Assembly: GCA_010093815.1 (NCBI GenBank)
Contig: ML996566.1
Source of the DNA: Pseudovirgaria hyperparasitica
Lineage: Eukaryota
Length of the DNA stretch: 64,000 bases
Strand: one strand, 5' to 3'
A program made the position numbers and the translations under genes. Under the pieces are notes generated by a model. The model did no database searches. It was not told the origin of the DNA and saw nothing but the letters and a program-made list of their open reading frames with translations. Positions 11,758 to 23,953 of this stretch are shown here, one piece after another. Each line of letters starts with the position of its first letter. The first letter of the stretch is position 1.

Positions 11758-12078
11758 ATGCCGCGCCCATCACCCAAAGCCCTCAATCCATTGCGCGCCC
11801 CACAATCATACTTCCGCATCTACCTACGGCGCTCTGCCATCGGGCTGCCCGCCAAACAGGCTGGTGTGCTGGACGCATTGGGTCTGCGCCGACGCACAGC
11901 GACTGTATACCATCCGGTCACACCGGACGTGGCAGGTCAGATCTTTCGTGTGAAGGAATTGGTCGATGTCGAGGAAGTAGATCGTCCTTTGGATAAGAAG
12001 GAGATAAAGGCGCGGAGGACGCCGGCGACAGGGTACTATGTGGAGAGTAGGGCGGGGAGTGCATGGGCTGATGAATGA
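11758..12078 (+). CDS. MRPL33: Mitochondrial ribosomal protein uL30m
   Basis: SYFRIYLRRSAIGLP...LDALGLRRR...VAGQIFRVKELVDV L30 signature. Confidence 0.9.
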   Translation: MPRPSPKALNPLRAPQSYFRIYLRRSAIGLPAKQAGVLDALGLRRRTATVYHPVTPDVAGQIFRVKELVDVEEVDRPLDKKEIKARRTPATGYYVESRAGSAWADE

Positions 12079-13073
12079 AGGGTTTGATGGAAAAAGAACG
12101 AACAGGACACCAATGAAAGACATGGGGTCTGCCGGACCGACATTGGAAGAGTGTAGATGTAATATAGTGGCTGTTTGAGAGCGTCCCAGATTTCCCGGAG
12201 ATCTTAAGAGCGTCGTTGCTATGATTTGTAGAGGAACTCGTGCGGTGCAGATCAAATTGTTTGTATGTACTATTTACAATGAATACACCTGAAAACCACG
12301 ATCTCTAATCTTCCCACGGCTTTGGGTATATTCGTAATAGCATCCGCTCGCCTGCGACTTCATTACTGGCTTCTAAAGATGGGACTTCTCAGACAGAGTA
12401 CTGAGGCTCGACAAACACCACCACCTTCGTTGAAAAGTCAGGTATCGGCCCATAGAACCTTGATTTCGTCTTACATATGAAGGAATCCCCTTGCATGTGG
12501 AAGAGTAGTTCTTACGAGGTACAATTGGCAGTGTGCAGAAATTCACCAAAAGTTCTGCATTGGTCTGTACTCGCCGGGATCAGTAGTACTCATAATGAGC
12601 GTCTGTCATGGTTGTCTGAGTTTATGGACAGGGTTTTCGAACAGCTTGACTACTGCGCCTGGAAAGTTGATAGCTAGTTCGATCGTGACCGAACACTTAC
12701 CGTCGAATAAACCTTCTCAAAGGGGTGAAAAGAGCCATATACCTGTCATGATCATTTCATCACCACTCGCAATTATGGAGAGAGACCAGAGAGCAAGGTG
12801 AGATGTAGCGAAGCTGTTCGTCCAAGGTTAGCAAACGATGTGCGTCACCAGGTAGCAGTTGATCGAATGTCTGGCACTGAAAATTCCAGTGAGTATATAT
12901 TATTTTGTTCAGTAGTTGCTTTTAGCCATGTCTTCGTGTCATGCTATCTGGTGATAAGCAAATATATACTTAAAGAATCTCAATTGTACCATCAAGACTG
13001 CTCGCGTGACCACATGTTCCTCAACGGGAATATATGGTCAGCTGCCGGCGGTAATTTACAAGCCCTGGGTGTC

Positions 13074-16000
13074 TCATAGTGGAGTTGCGCGGCTCATCTT
13101 TAGTAGGCGCTGGACACCGACCTGGGGGTATAATTAGCACGTTATTATGAATGGAGTAGCATGCATCCTACCATCCAATTACTACCTTCATCGTTCTTCA
13201 CCTTGATGATATCGGTAATTATAGCAGTTGCTTGTTCGTAATTGCGGCCTTGGAGAGCCTGCGCCAATTCTCCCATCTGCTGCACAGTGCCAGGTTTGAC
13301 AACGTCCTCATTGTTCAGGTGGTCGAAGAGTATGTTCAACCGTTTTTCTGTATCTAAAACCTGAGGCTTGAATGAGGCTGGCGCTTTGGATTTCACGCGC
13401 TGCATGTCTCCACTTAGGATCTCAAAAATGGGTTGCGCTGGCGGGGGAATATGTGACCGATCTCCGGGAGCTAGGTGTTGTTAGTTAGGATACTGGATCA
13501 TCATCAATATATCATGGGACTTACGATACTTGGCAGCAGCTGGTGGAGGGGTAGGTACGGCTTGGGGTGGTCCGGAAGGTGGCCTCTGAGGTGGTCCAGG
13601 AGGTGGTGCAGCCCGTGGGGGTCCCTGTGGTGGGCCTCGTGGCGGTCCCGATGGGGGTGGTGCCTGAGCAGAAGCCGGTCCAGGTCCTGGCTGAGGTGCA
13701 TACTGTGATGGTGCTGCCCCATAATAGTTCTGGGGTGGGGGTCCTGTAGCTCGAGGCGTTGGAAGACCACCTGGAGGGGGAGTAGGTTGTGATCCCGGGG
13801 CAGGGGCGTAACGATTGGAAGACGGAGCGGCTGTGGATGGCGGAGGGTTGTATGGTGACGGTCCACGGGGCGGCGCTTGAACCGGTGGCGCAAAGCCAGT
13901 CTGGTTCGGCGACTGTGTAGGGGGAGCATACGCATTCGCTGCGGACGATGATGGACGGGGAGGAGGTTGAAACGTCTGAGGAGCCGAAGGTGGTGGTCCT
14001 GCACCACCTAAAGGTCCTTTCGGAGGAGGTGGTGGAGTCGGTCTTGACTGCTGAAAGCCTGTTGGCGACATCATAGGGGGAGGCCCAGTAGTTTGTTGAT
14101 TCCCGAAAGGTCCTTGAACAGTAGGCGTGTTACGACGTGGCGGGGGTATCTTGGGTCCGAAATCGGGTGTGTCATTCCACTGAGCGATGTCTTTGCGCTG
14201 AGCAGCGGGTACCACTGATGGTGAAGATGTAAACCCGCGAGGGGGTGGGGGAATACTCTGTTGCTGGGGTGCTTGATAGCCACCATAACTTGGCTGGGGA
14301 ATGCCAGGCGCTGTAGCAGGAGCGTAAGCATTGGGAGTGTAGCTTCTCGCTCCTGGAGCAGGAGGATAAGGATTTGTCGCCTGCTGAGCTTGAGACGCGT
14401 ATGCTGATACCGTTTGCTGTTGTACTGGTGCATATGGCGATGGTACAGACTGGGTGGGGGCTGGAGCTGGTTGGGTTTGAGCATAGCTTGGTACTACCCG
14501 TTGTCCACGCTGAGCCTGAGTAACAGCAGGCGCTGGCTGGTTCTGGACAGTAGGAGTTGCTTTCGTTGTTGCTTGCTTCACGCGATTGCGAGCAACATCC
14601 GCCGCTGGGTACTTGGCCGGAAGCAAGTCGAGGTACTTTTCAGCAACGTGCAACTGTCCATGCGCTGCAACAACATCAGCATACTCAGTATACTTCGCAT
14701 AAAGAGCCGCCAGTTTCCAGTCCTCGGCCTGATTGAGCTGCTCGTCCCGGAAGCCAGTGACCTTCCTAAAGATGGTGACTTTTTCGATAAAATCCTGGAG
14801 AGATTTGGCGTGGACAAAGAAACTTGTCTCTTGTTCAGCTTCTTCCAATCCTGCATTCTCATTCTCCTGTAGCTCTTGTACCCAGTTCGTGACAACCTTT
14901 TCAAGCTTGGAACCTGCCAAGTAACAGAAAGATGCGTCACGACGAAGAGACTTCCTATCAGCCGCATCGGCGTATGCCTCTTCGAGTCTATCACCAAGCG
15001 CTTCGCACAGATCAGGAAACTCAGACGCATCGGCAAAAGTGCAAACAGTCGCCATCACTTCCTTCCAGTTATCGAGATTGGCGTTATGGACAGTGTCCCA
15101 CAAATTCTTGCCCACAACGGAGGCTAGGAGGCGCAGGTAATTGGGTCCCTGTGCTTTACCTTTAAAATACGCGGCTTGTGCTCTGGCTATACACTCTTGA
15201 CCACCACAAATAGCAATCATGAAGGCATCGGACATGCGGTCTTCTTGTAAGCAGACATCGAGAGCCCGATCGAAGTTTCCCAGAATCAAATATTGTGTAA
15301 TCCTCTTATCGGCTTCAGATTCTTGCCCGCTATACAGATTGAATGGATTGTTCGTCCGCGCTCCTTTAGTAGCTGCAAGATCGGAGAGGAAACTGTCAAC
15401 GTCACCACCATCAAAGAAAGCTGACCCGTCCTTGTCTTCGGCTTTGCCGTTGACCTCCACTTGTGATTCTTCAGGCGCGACAGCAGCATCAGCGAAGCCT
15501 AGATAATCTACGAGCTTTTTACGGGCGTTGCCGGTGATCAGCGTCTCGATGACAGTCCAATCAGCCTTCTCTTCGTCCGTGCGAGCAGTCGATATCTTAT
15601 CTTCGCAAATCTTGGCCAAATCACCTTCTTCCAAGGTCTTTTCAAACCTTTCCGTAGCAATTCCTACCGCTGCATCTGCTGCGAACGTGGATATAGTAAT
15701 CTTGGATTGACTTGAACCGAGCTCCGTTGTAGACAGCTTCACGAGCTTGCCACCGAAGCCGAATGAGACGCCTACAGGTCGCCGCAACCACTTTGGCGCT
15801 TGTGGCAAGGAGAATGTATCTCCCTGTGGTAGCGTCTGGGCGCTGGCAAAAAAGTCTTCTCCGCTGAGAGACTGACTAGTCGTGGTCGTAGCCTTGTCGT
15901 CTTTGCGGGTGCTCTGTATCGTCTGTACTGCGATCCTCCCATCAAATGATGCTGTAGCAATGAGACCTGGATTATGAGGGTTGAACCTGGTTTGGAAAGT

Positions 16001-17018
16001 CCAATTTGTCACAATTGGAAACTCTCCAAGAGCCTGCCCGGTGTGCGGGTTCCAGCAAATCGTCTTGTTATCCTTACCGCATGACAGAAGGAGATCACTA
16101 TCATGTCTACACCAGTCTAAGGATAAGACGCCCTGTTCATGTGCCTTCAGTATTTTCTCCGGCGCGTTCGAATTCCTTAGGTCCCACATGAGAATTAAGG
16201 GGTCCATGTCGTTCGGCACGGCAGTTATTAACCTGGTTGGAACGTTGGGATCCCATGCAACCGCGCTGACGGCTTTTCTTCCATAGTTGTTCAATGTGAG
16301 GTTCTCTTTCTTCTCTTTCACGTTCCAGACCGTGACAAAGCCACCGCTACTACCGGTAGCCAATATGTGGGGGACCTTCTTGTTCCAATCGATTGCTTCA
16401 ATATCATCTGCTCGCGCGGCGGAGGAACCTAGCCGGAAGGAGCTGGATGGATTGGTAACGTCCGTGATGTAGAGCTCGCCTTTGGCTCCGCCAGTTGCGA
16501 GGAGCTCCGGGCGGAACGGGTTGAACTGGAGGGCTTTGATGGGCCCGGTGTGCTTATCAATACGTGTGATATGCGAGTCGCTGCCTCGATTAGTCTACTC
16601 CATCGTCGTCTGTATCCTTAGACTCTCACCTTGCATTCTTAAGCAGCTTCTCGGCATCCCACAAATCGAGTGAACCATTTTCGAGTGCGCCCGCAATTAT
16701 GCCTCGAGGATGGTCGTTAGTTGGTTGGGACCAAGCAATGTCATGAAATCTACACAAGTTAGTGTCAACATCATATCTTGTGGCTTGCCGCAATTGTCAT
16801 TCTACGTACCTCGAATCTGCAGATATGCTTGCGATAGGAGTAATTTCTGCTCCCTGTGCGACGTTGTCCAGAGCCAATTCCCAGAGCTCCAGAACTGTCT
16901 CATTTGAAAAGTCCGCATCTACAGCTCCTGCTCTTGTACCCGTGGCAATCAGCGGGGCCTGCGCACCTGGGGACCACGCAAAGGTGGCCGTGCGTGGGAT
17001 CTCTCGCAAGCGCACCAT
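13074..17018 (-). CDS. SEC31: COPII coat protein Sec31
   Basis: [18 protein letters not shown]-terminus, WD40 repeats, APKWLRRP, Pro-rich region, C-terminal [15 protein letters not shown]...NWM|VGVQRLL. Several GT-AG introns. Confidence 0.97.
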
Positions 17019-17325
17019 CACGAAAGTGTGGAGGAGGGGTGGAAGTGATCAAGGTGGCCGATCCAGTGTGTGGGTAGGGGATCGTAGGGTAAGCGGACGA
17101 GGTAGAGGTAAGAGATTCAATTGTGGTGGTTGCCTACTGGTTGTGCAGCAAGCGTCTTTGAAATGTAAACTGTGTCTATTGTCAACTGCTCAGGTCGGTT
17201 GGACCCCTTCCACGTGACGTAGGGAAGACCCACGCAGATTGACTTTCTATCAAGATACATCAACACAAGTTTCATCGTAACACCGATGGTCCAAAAAAAA
17301 GTGACAACGACTACAGAATATAAAG

Positions 17326-17828
17326 ATGACTGAAAGATCAACTGAGCGAACGGTCTATGTCAGCGGCCTTGACAACAGCGTGACATCGCATACTCTACAT
17401 GCAGCTTTTGTGCCGTTCGGGGAGATAGTCGATATATCTCTGCCAAAACCAGACTTGCCGTCTTCAACGGAACCACATCGAGGATTTGGCTATGTTGAGT
17501 TTGAGCATTCGGATGACGCGAAAGAGGCCATAGACAACATGGATCAAAGCGAGCTATATGGGCGTGTCATTAAGGTCGCACAGGCCAAGCCCCAAAAAGA
17601 TGCGTCGGAGGGACTAGGTAGTAAGACGGCAGTTTGGCAGCAGGTATGTCACAAGGTGCATTTTAATCATGGATAGTGCTAATTGCCACTTAGGAGGGTT
17701 GGCTCGCAAAACACGCCGTCAGTGAAGAAGACCGGCAAGCGACTGAACAGGCGCGAGAGCGGTCACCAGCACCGGACCCAATGCAAGGTCTGGAGGAGTT
17801 GGACGTTGTGGGCCCAAAGCCCGAATGA
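17326..17828 (+). CDS. RRM protein similar to the cyclophilin E (Cyp33) N-terminal RRM, without a PPIase domain
   Basis: RNP2 VYVSGL, RNP1 RGFGYVEF, AIDNMDQSELYGRVIKV. Intron from 17644 leads to EGWLAKHAVSEED...GPKPE stop. Confidence 0.85.
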
Positions 17829-17981
17829 GAAGCCAACCGGCATTTTGTCACTCTGGATTCTTTCGCAGCAATGCTAGGAGTTGTGGCGTATGAGATATGG
17901 TTTGGCCGACTAGTAGCTTCTCCGTCCATCCAAATCTTTACAGTAGCTCTTCCAGAGCTATACAAAAAGTAAAAGTATAAA

Positions 17982-18521
17982 CTAGTGATCACCGCGAGGG
18001 CCTTGTCGGGTAAGTCGAAGGGTCTTATCGGTGACCAAATGACGACCGAGGGAGTAGGCGGCAGCGCCCAATGCAACGCTACTCTCGTGAGAATACGACC
18101 GGGAAACGCAAGCCGTGAAGCGGAGGTTTGATACTTACGCAAGAACAACACCTAGGGGATAGTTAGTTGGGCAGATGAGTGAAGGGACAAGCTTTGATTA
18201 TAGACTCACCAAGGGGGATAAGCTCTGGAGGGATCTTCTTCAAAGTACGGATGCGCTGGGAAATAGTGTGTGCTGTACGGCAGCAATGGTCAGCTCTCCT
18301 TCATTCTTTAATCCGCAGATATCTAAGGTAGTTCGTATGTGATCCAAAGCGCGTGTGACATACCGCTGTGCTCCTCTTTCTGTTTCTTCATTAGCAACCC
18401 TTCGATGATAGTATGAGCGGGACTACAAGAAGTTTACCGGGACGGGGCGCATCATCCGAGGTGAAGCCTGCATGCGCATGATACGCGTAGGCTGCATCCT
18501 GAGTATTCTAGAGGACTGCAT
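17982..18521 (-). CDS. NDUFA4/MLRQ-like small mitochondrial membrane protein, 90 aa, 5 exons
   Basis: Exons 18521-18438, 18379-18364, 18272-18210, 18151-18139, 18078-17982 total 273 nt with canonical GT-AG introns. Protein MQSSRILRMQPTRIMRMQASPRMMRPVPKEEHSAHTISQRIRTLKKIPPELIPLGVVLAVALGAAAYSLGRHLVTDKTLRLTRQGPRGDH. KKIPPELIPL plus TM resembles NDUFA4 KKHPSLIPL. Confidence 0.75.
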
Positions 18522-18749
18522 AGTGTCGATGGGAGTGGAGAGTTGTATGGAAAGCAATTGGTAGAATGAGGTTATGATCCAAGAAGCTCTCGCCGCTCCA
18601 TATCCGCGATATGGACAATCACGTGCTAAGCCGAGCTCCGAAAGAACCCCCAGAGCTCCTTTGACCTCACCACAACCACATCCTCTATACCGGTCTCCCG
18701 TAACGCCCGCCCATTGACCAATCCGCAGTTTTCCTACCATTCTGCAATC

Positions 18750-19427
18750 ATGTCGGACGACGAGGAGCGTGTGACCAAGCCATTTATGTTCGTTACTGGT
18801 AAGCAGCCCTGGTCTTGAATTGCGGACTGAGCACTAATCGTACCATAGCCGGTATGTTCACGATGCAGGCCTACTTTCTCGACAATACTCTACCACAGTC
18901 CTTATGTTCACCACTACGAACGACTTGATCGATATATCACCAGTGCGCACGCGTATACAAACTAATCCTCCCCCTCGCATAGGTTTCGACGCCCGTTTTC
19001 CGAACCAAAATCAGACCAAGCATTGCTGGCAGAACTACGTTGACTACTTCAAATGCATCAACGCTAAGGGAGAAGATTTCAAGCCTTGCCGCCAGGTACA
19101 TATACCCTTAGTCGTGTGAGACGAAGATTGGTGGACTTCCAGGAGTGTGCAACAACAAAAGTCCGGTCTGCAGTCGACCACGACAGGCGTCGCAGTCGCT
19201 ACTCCGTGATATGATACGACTCGGCGCGAGATGGATAGATGCATGACACATTGGCTAACAACAAGTACAGTTCTTCCATGCCTATCGCTCCTTATGTCCT
19301 CGCTCTTGGCATGAAAGATGGGATGAGCAGCGTGGTGCGTACATCGACTGTTATATGGACTTACCGTCACGACTATACTAATAGACACGCAGAAAATGGC
19401 ACTTTCCCAGCCCGGCTGGACGAGTAA
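18750..19427 (+). CDS. COX12: Cytochrome c oxidase subunit VIb
   Basis: Exons 18750-18798, 18849-18851, 18983-19095, 19271-19334, 19393-19427 give [42 protein letters not shown]...[16 protein letters not shown]...[11 protein letters not shown] (87 aa). Confidence 0.95.
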
Positions 19428-19638
19428 ACAAATATTTCATTTGTCCAAGTGTGGTTGTAGACACGTGGAAGGCGGACCAGTCAAATCATCCTCTGTATCA
19501 TATGCACACCACCCGAGCAGTATAGAGCTTTCCACAATTCCATGACTACTTTCAGCGGGACAACTTTGAGTGAGACCACCATATCGAACAGTCCTACAGT
19601 ACTGTACCGTACTATATCACTTCTCCAGATCGCTTGAA

Positions 19639-22600
19639 CTACTGATCAACTCTATCCCATTGCAACCTCGAATAGTTGCCCAGTAGAGTCCTAAGCAACC
19701 CGTTTTTCTCTTCGTTTTCATCCCCGGTTCTCGCCAGTGCCATTGCTTTCACGGCCCACAACTGACAAGCTTCGTCATCGCCCGCACAATATGCATCTAC
19801 GCCCCGATTGAATGCTGTGGTCGCCAGCCACTCTAGCTCAACTTTAGGATATACGTTTCCATGCGCCTTCAACCGCTCCGCCGTACGGGTGGCCTGATCG
19901 AGACACTGCAGACTAACCTTTTCGTCAATATTGACTGCAATCTGAAAGAGGCAACGAATCCAGCGTGCGAGTTTCGTTATATCCTCTGTTGAGGGGTCCG
20001 TCGTGGATGATGATGCTTTCCAGGCTGCATTGATGACCTTCTGTAGAGATTTGAGGACGTGCGATTGATGCGTTCTGCCAGCTTCAGAGTGCGAGAGTGC
20101 GAGGTCTGTTACGAGAGTAGAATGTATGAGGAGAATAAGGTCGGCTAAGGTGGCGAGGTGCGATGAGACGTCAAATGTGAAAGCAGAGTCGAGCAGTTCG
20201 TCAATGGAGGACCAGTCGGCGAGCTTTAGAAGGGCTTCAAGTTCATAAGTGAGCACCTGAGTGTGTTTCGCAACAAGGTCGTCGCGGGCTGTCGGTGCAA
20301 GCTCGGACACCGCGGACAGTTGTGTATAGACCAACTCACGGAATATCTTTCCATGTTTGCGAACAGAGAGATAGTTGTTCAGGGACTGTTCTGAATTGTC
20401 ATGACTGCGTGCCACGGTAAGGTATGCTGTGGTAGCAAGGTAATGACAGAAAATTTTGCGGAGTAGCAGCCCCCTTTCTGATTTCTCGGCGCACTTTGCT
20501 TCAAGGAACTCGACAAATTGAACGCATACTAAGAGCAGTTGACCTAGGTGTTCGGGGCTCATTCTGGCGCAATATTTCAAAGCCAGGTTGTAGCTGGACT
20601 TAGAGAACCACTCCAACTCAGTCACTGTGAAGTCGCTTGCGGAGGTCTTGTTCGGTTTTTTGCTTGCTTCCTTTGCCGCCTTCAATGCACCCTCAAATAG
20701 ACTGAGCAGAGCCTTTACCGCTTGCTTATCGAGGTCCTCTTCAGTCTCAAACTGTTTTATAAGCAAGCGAATTGCACATCTTAATAGGATAGCCAGATGT
20801 ACACCTTCTGGAACGTTATAGTTATACCGCTCGACGACTTTCTGGAGAGCCATGGTCGCTTGGCGTTTATCTCCAGCTTTTTGAGCCTCAAGTATACAAG
20901 CATAGAGAATGGTGGCGTCCTTGTTCGACGCCTTGCTAACTGCCTCTAAACATTCGATAGCTTGCTCTTCTTGATTGCTGCGTAATGCGACTTTGTACAT
21001 TAAATATTGCGTGATCCCGGCAAGCTTCCCGGTCTCTGTCATTGTAAAAAAAGTACGACGAGCATCTGCATAGTCTTGAATGGCGAGGGAGCAGAGGATC
21101 ATCTTTCGAGAAATCTTTGCTTTATTCATCTCTCCAGCATTCTCAAAAAGATTATGCAAGGACATATTGCACCAAGTCCGCGAAGACTCATATCGCTGCT
21201 GACTATACGATGTCTCTATCTTTCTCCACAGTAAAGTCTGAGCTGCGTGTGTTGCTATCGCACTGAATGGCTGCTGTAGATTGTTGCGGATGAGATCGAG
21301 AAATACCGAGAATGATGCAAAATGTTCATCGCTGTCAGGCGTTTGGGAGTCAACCCATATTCTTGTAACGCATGCCTTCTCCAGATATTTGTGTCGATCC
21401 GGTTCACAAAGCCTTTGCAGAATCAACTCGTCCAGGACGGTACAAGCGCTTTTCGTATCATCCTTACTCTTCAAGTAGTGTATGTGATGCATAAGAGTTT
21501 TGAAGTTGGTGTCAGTTATCACGAGACTTGGAACCATACGTAAGAGTGCTGCGACAATGTAAGCTGCCCAGACCGGCTATTACGCTGAAATGAACGGACT
21601 GCTGGAGTAGGTGGCAGTGTCAGGGCTTCTTTCCGTTGACATCATCTCAAGTTTCAAGAGCAAGACTACCATTTTGTCCGTGAAGTCCTAGACGTATGGT
21701 CGGTAAGATCATTTGACAGGAGCAGAGACTGAACGTACGGACTCCATCAGACGTAACAAATCCCAAGCTCTGCGACGGGAATCATTCTCATTCAATGTGT
21801 GGAGAGCCTTGACTACGCTCTAAGTTAGCATTCTTAGTCACATATTCCATAGACATCGTACCAAGACTTTGTAGGATACTTAGTCTGAGCTCTACAGAAT
21901 CGGCGCTCAGCTGGTCCACATCTTGCGCAGAGAGCACGTCGTGCGATCTTTCCAGCCACCTCACGGCTAAGTCATATTGTTTCCTACACAAACAGTCTTT
22001 CCCTATCTCCAATAGCAAGTCGGCGAAGCTCTCGGCTGCACCAGGGTCGAGACTCCCGACTGGATGCCCCCCCTTGGAAAACATACTTTCCGCAAGATCA
22101 AGACGTGACTGCTTCCACGCCTAGTCGATTGTTCAGCCTGTCTCACTTATGCCCAATATCAACTTACAAGTGCTATCCTAATAGCATAATACTCGACTCT
22201 CAATTTCGCGGGCACATTTCCTTGCTCACACATCGGGTCGTCTGCCTTCTCTGAAGCATTGACATAGTCCGCCGCTCTTTCCAAAGCTTTTAAGGAGAGC
22301 TCCAATTCCCCTGCTTCGATACAGAACTTGGATGCCTTCAGTGCCACCTTCAATACCCTGACCGCATTATTGCCCATTGAACGCGATTTCGTAGTCTGCT
22401 GCCCATAGTCAAGCAGAAGAAAGGCAAATACACGGAGGAGACACAGTGTTCGCTGTTTGTCCTTTTCTGTGCTCATGCCTTCACGGTGCATGCGAGTGGA
22501 GAGGTTCCATAGCTCAGTCCCCATGGAGTCCAGATCCTGCTGTTGCGTCGCCGAAACCACTGACACGTTCAGAGGGACTGATGTGACGTGTTTGTGCAAG

Positions 22601-22774
22601 TCATTGCGAATGGAGGTGCTGTAAATGTCGTTTTCGAGGCGTGCAGGGAGGCTCCGAGCAAATGCTATGGGAATGTCCGTCAATCGCAGTGAAAGTGAAC
22701 AAAATGGTACACTTACATAGTAGGGCTTTAATCTTTTGGTCCTTTGCGCTTTTGTTTTGAAGCATAGGCGCCAT
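19639..22774 (-). CDS. SPO22: Meiosis protein Spo22/Zip4 (TPR-like)
   Basis: Probable ATG 22774. Motifs LDSMGTELWNLS, AESFADLLLEIGK, HAAQTLLW, ELEWFSKSSYNLAL, ELEWLATTAFNRGVD. Multi-exon. Confidence 0.85.
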
Positions 22775-23953
22775 GTTGCGAATACGCAGAGATCGTGGTG
22801 CGTTAGGCTGACAAGATAAGCTCTGAAGAATAGACGTTGTCTTGGCATTCTTGATGTCTGCAACCAAAATCTTGCCTGCGACCTACAGATGGACTTTCAT
22901 GAATGTAGCTTCTAAATTCTTTTAGGGGCCAGTAGAGACAAAAGTATGCCCTCTGTTAATGATCTGTTGCAGCCCTAAGCGTAAAGCTGTAGTAAGCCAC
23001 AAATAAGAGAAGTGGAAAAGTGCAAAAGAAATGTACTCATACATGTCCTAGGGAGGAATCGAACTCAAGCCTGGTAGCAGGATCAATGATCCAGTGTTGC
23101 AAGAGCAGGTTTGAGCCCAACATGATACCACCCGACCACGGTAGATGATTAACTATAAGCGGCTGATATTTTTATTGTTTCGGTGCCTTATATGACCATA
23201 AAATGCTGCCTGCTCACAGTGAGCACCATGCAAGAAGAGGACTAGCGTGCACCGAATCGACGACTCTGGAAGCATCGACGGTAGATTGTACGCGGTAATG
23301 CGCTTCCCCTCTTTGTCTCCGTCAAGGGGTTCCACTCGGAGCAAACATTACCTAGCGACTTTACCAAGCCACGCTGAGAAGCATAATCCAAATGATAGAA
23401 TAATTGACGCCACGCATTTCATAGCAACGATCCACCTGCACACCTACTGGAGCTTTAGGCCTTTCGTGGAATACTGACCAAATACGCCATACTCCACAAA
23501 AGTGACAGTAATTATACAGACAGCAGCGAAAGTGTAGAATATCTCTTGTTAACTCTTGAGTAGCAGTCTAAAGGAGATTGTTCATTCCGTTACCTTCTAT
23601 TGGCTTTGTGTGTGTATGTAGTCGGCATAGTCGGGTATGACATGGACGAGAAAAGTTGAAACGAGCTTCGCCCAACAACGCTACGCAAACATGTGCAAGT
23701 TATTGGGGAAAGAATCACCAACATAGACAATTAGGAGATAGAAAGGATGACAGTGACTTTACCATCGGGGAAATCACAGTCGTTGCTTCTGACATCGACC
23801 TCATAGAGAAAATATGACCTACTGGGTGCTCGCTGCGCATGGCTTGAATTTGCGCGATGTGCGCAAAGGATCCGTTATAGTGCACAGTTAAAACAGACAC
23901 TATTACCACAACCAAAGGATGAAGGAATATACTCAATATGTAATATGAGTGAG

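Noticed and set aside
18799..18982. Stwintron (nested intron) in COX12
   Set aside because: Both introns have intact donors, branch sites and acceptors; removing one does not rebuild a split splice site, so a micro-exon is simpler.
19096..19270. snoRNA in COX12 intron 3 (AGTCGT...ACGACT stem)
   Set aside because: A short stem is present but there are no canonical C/D or H/ACA boxes.
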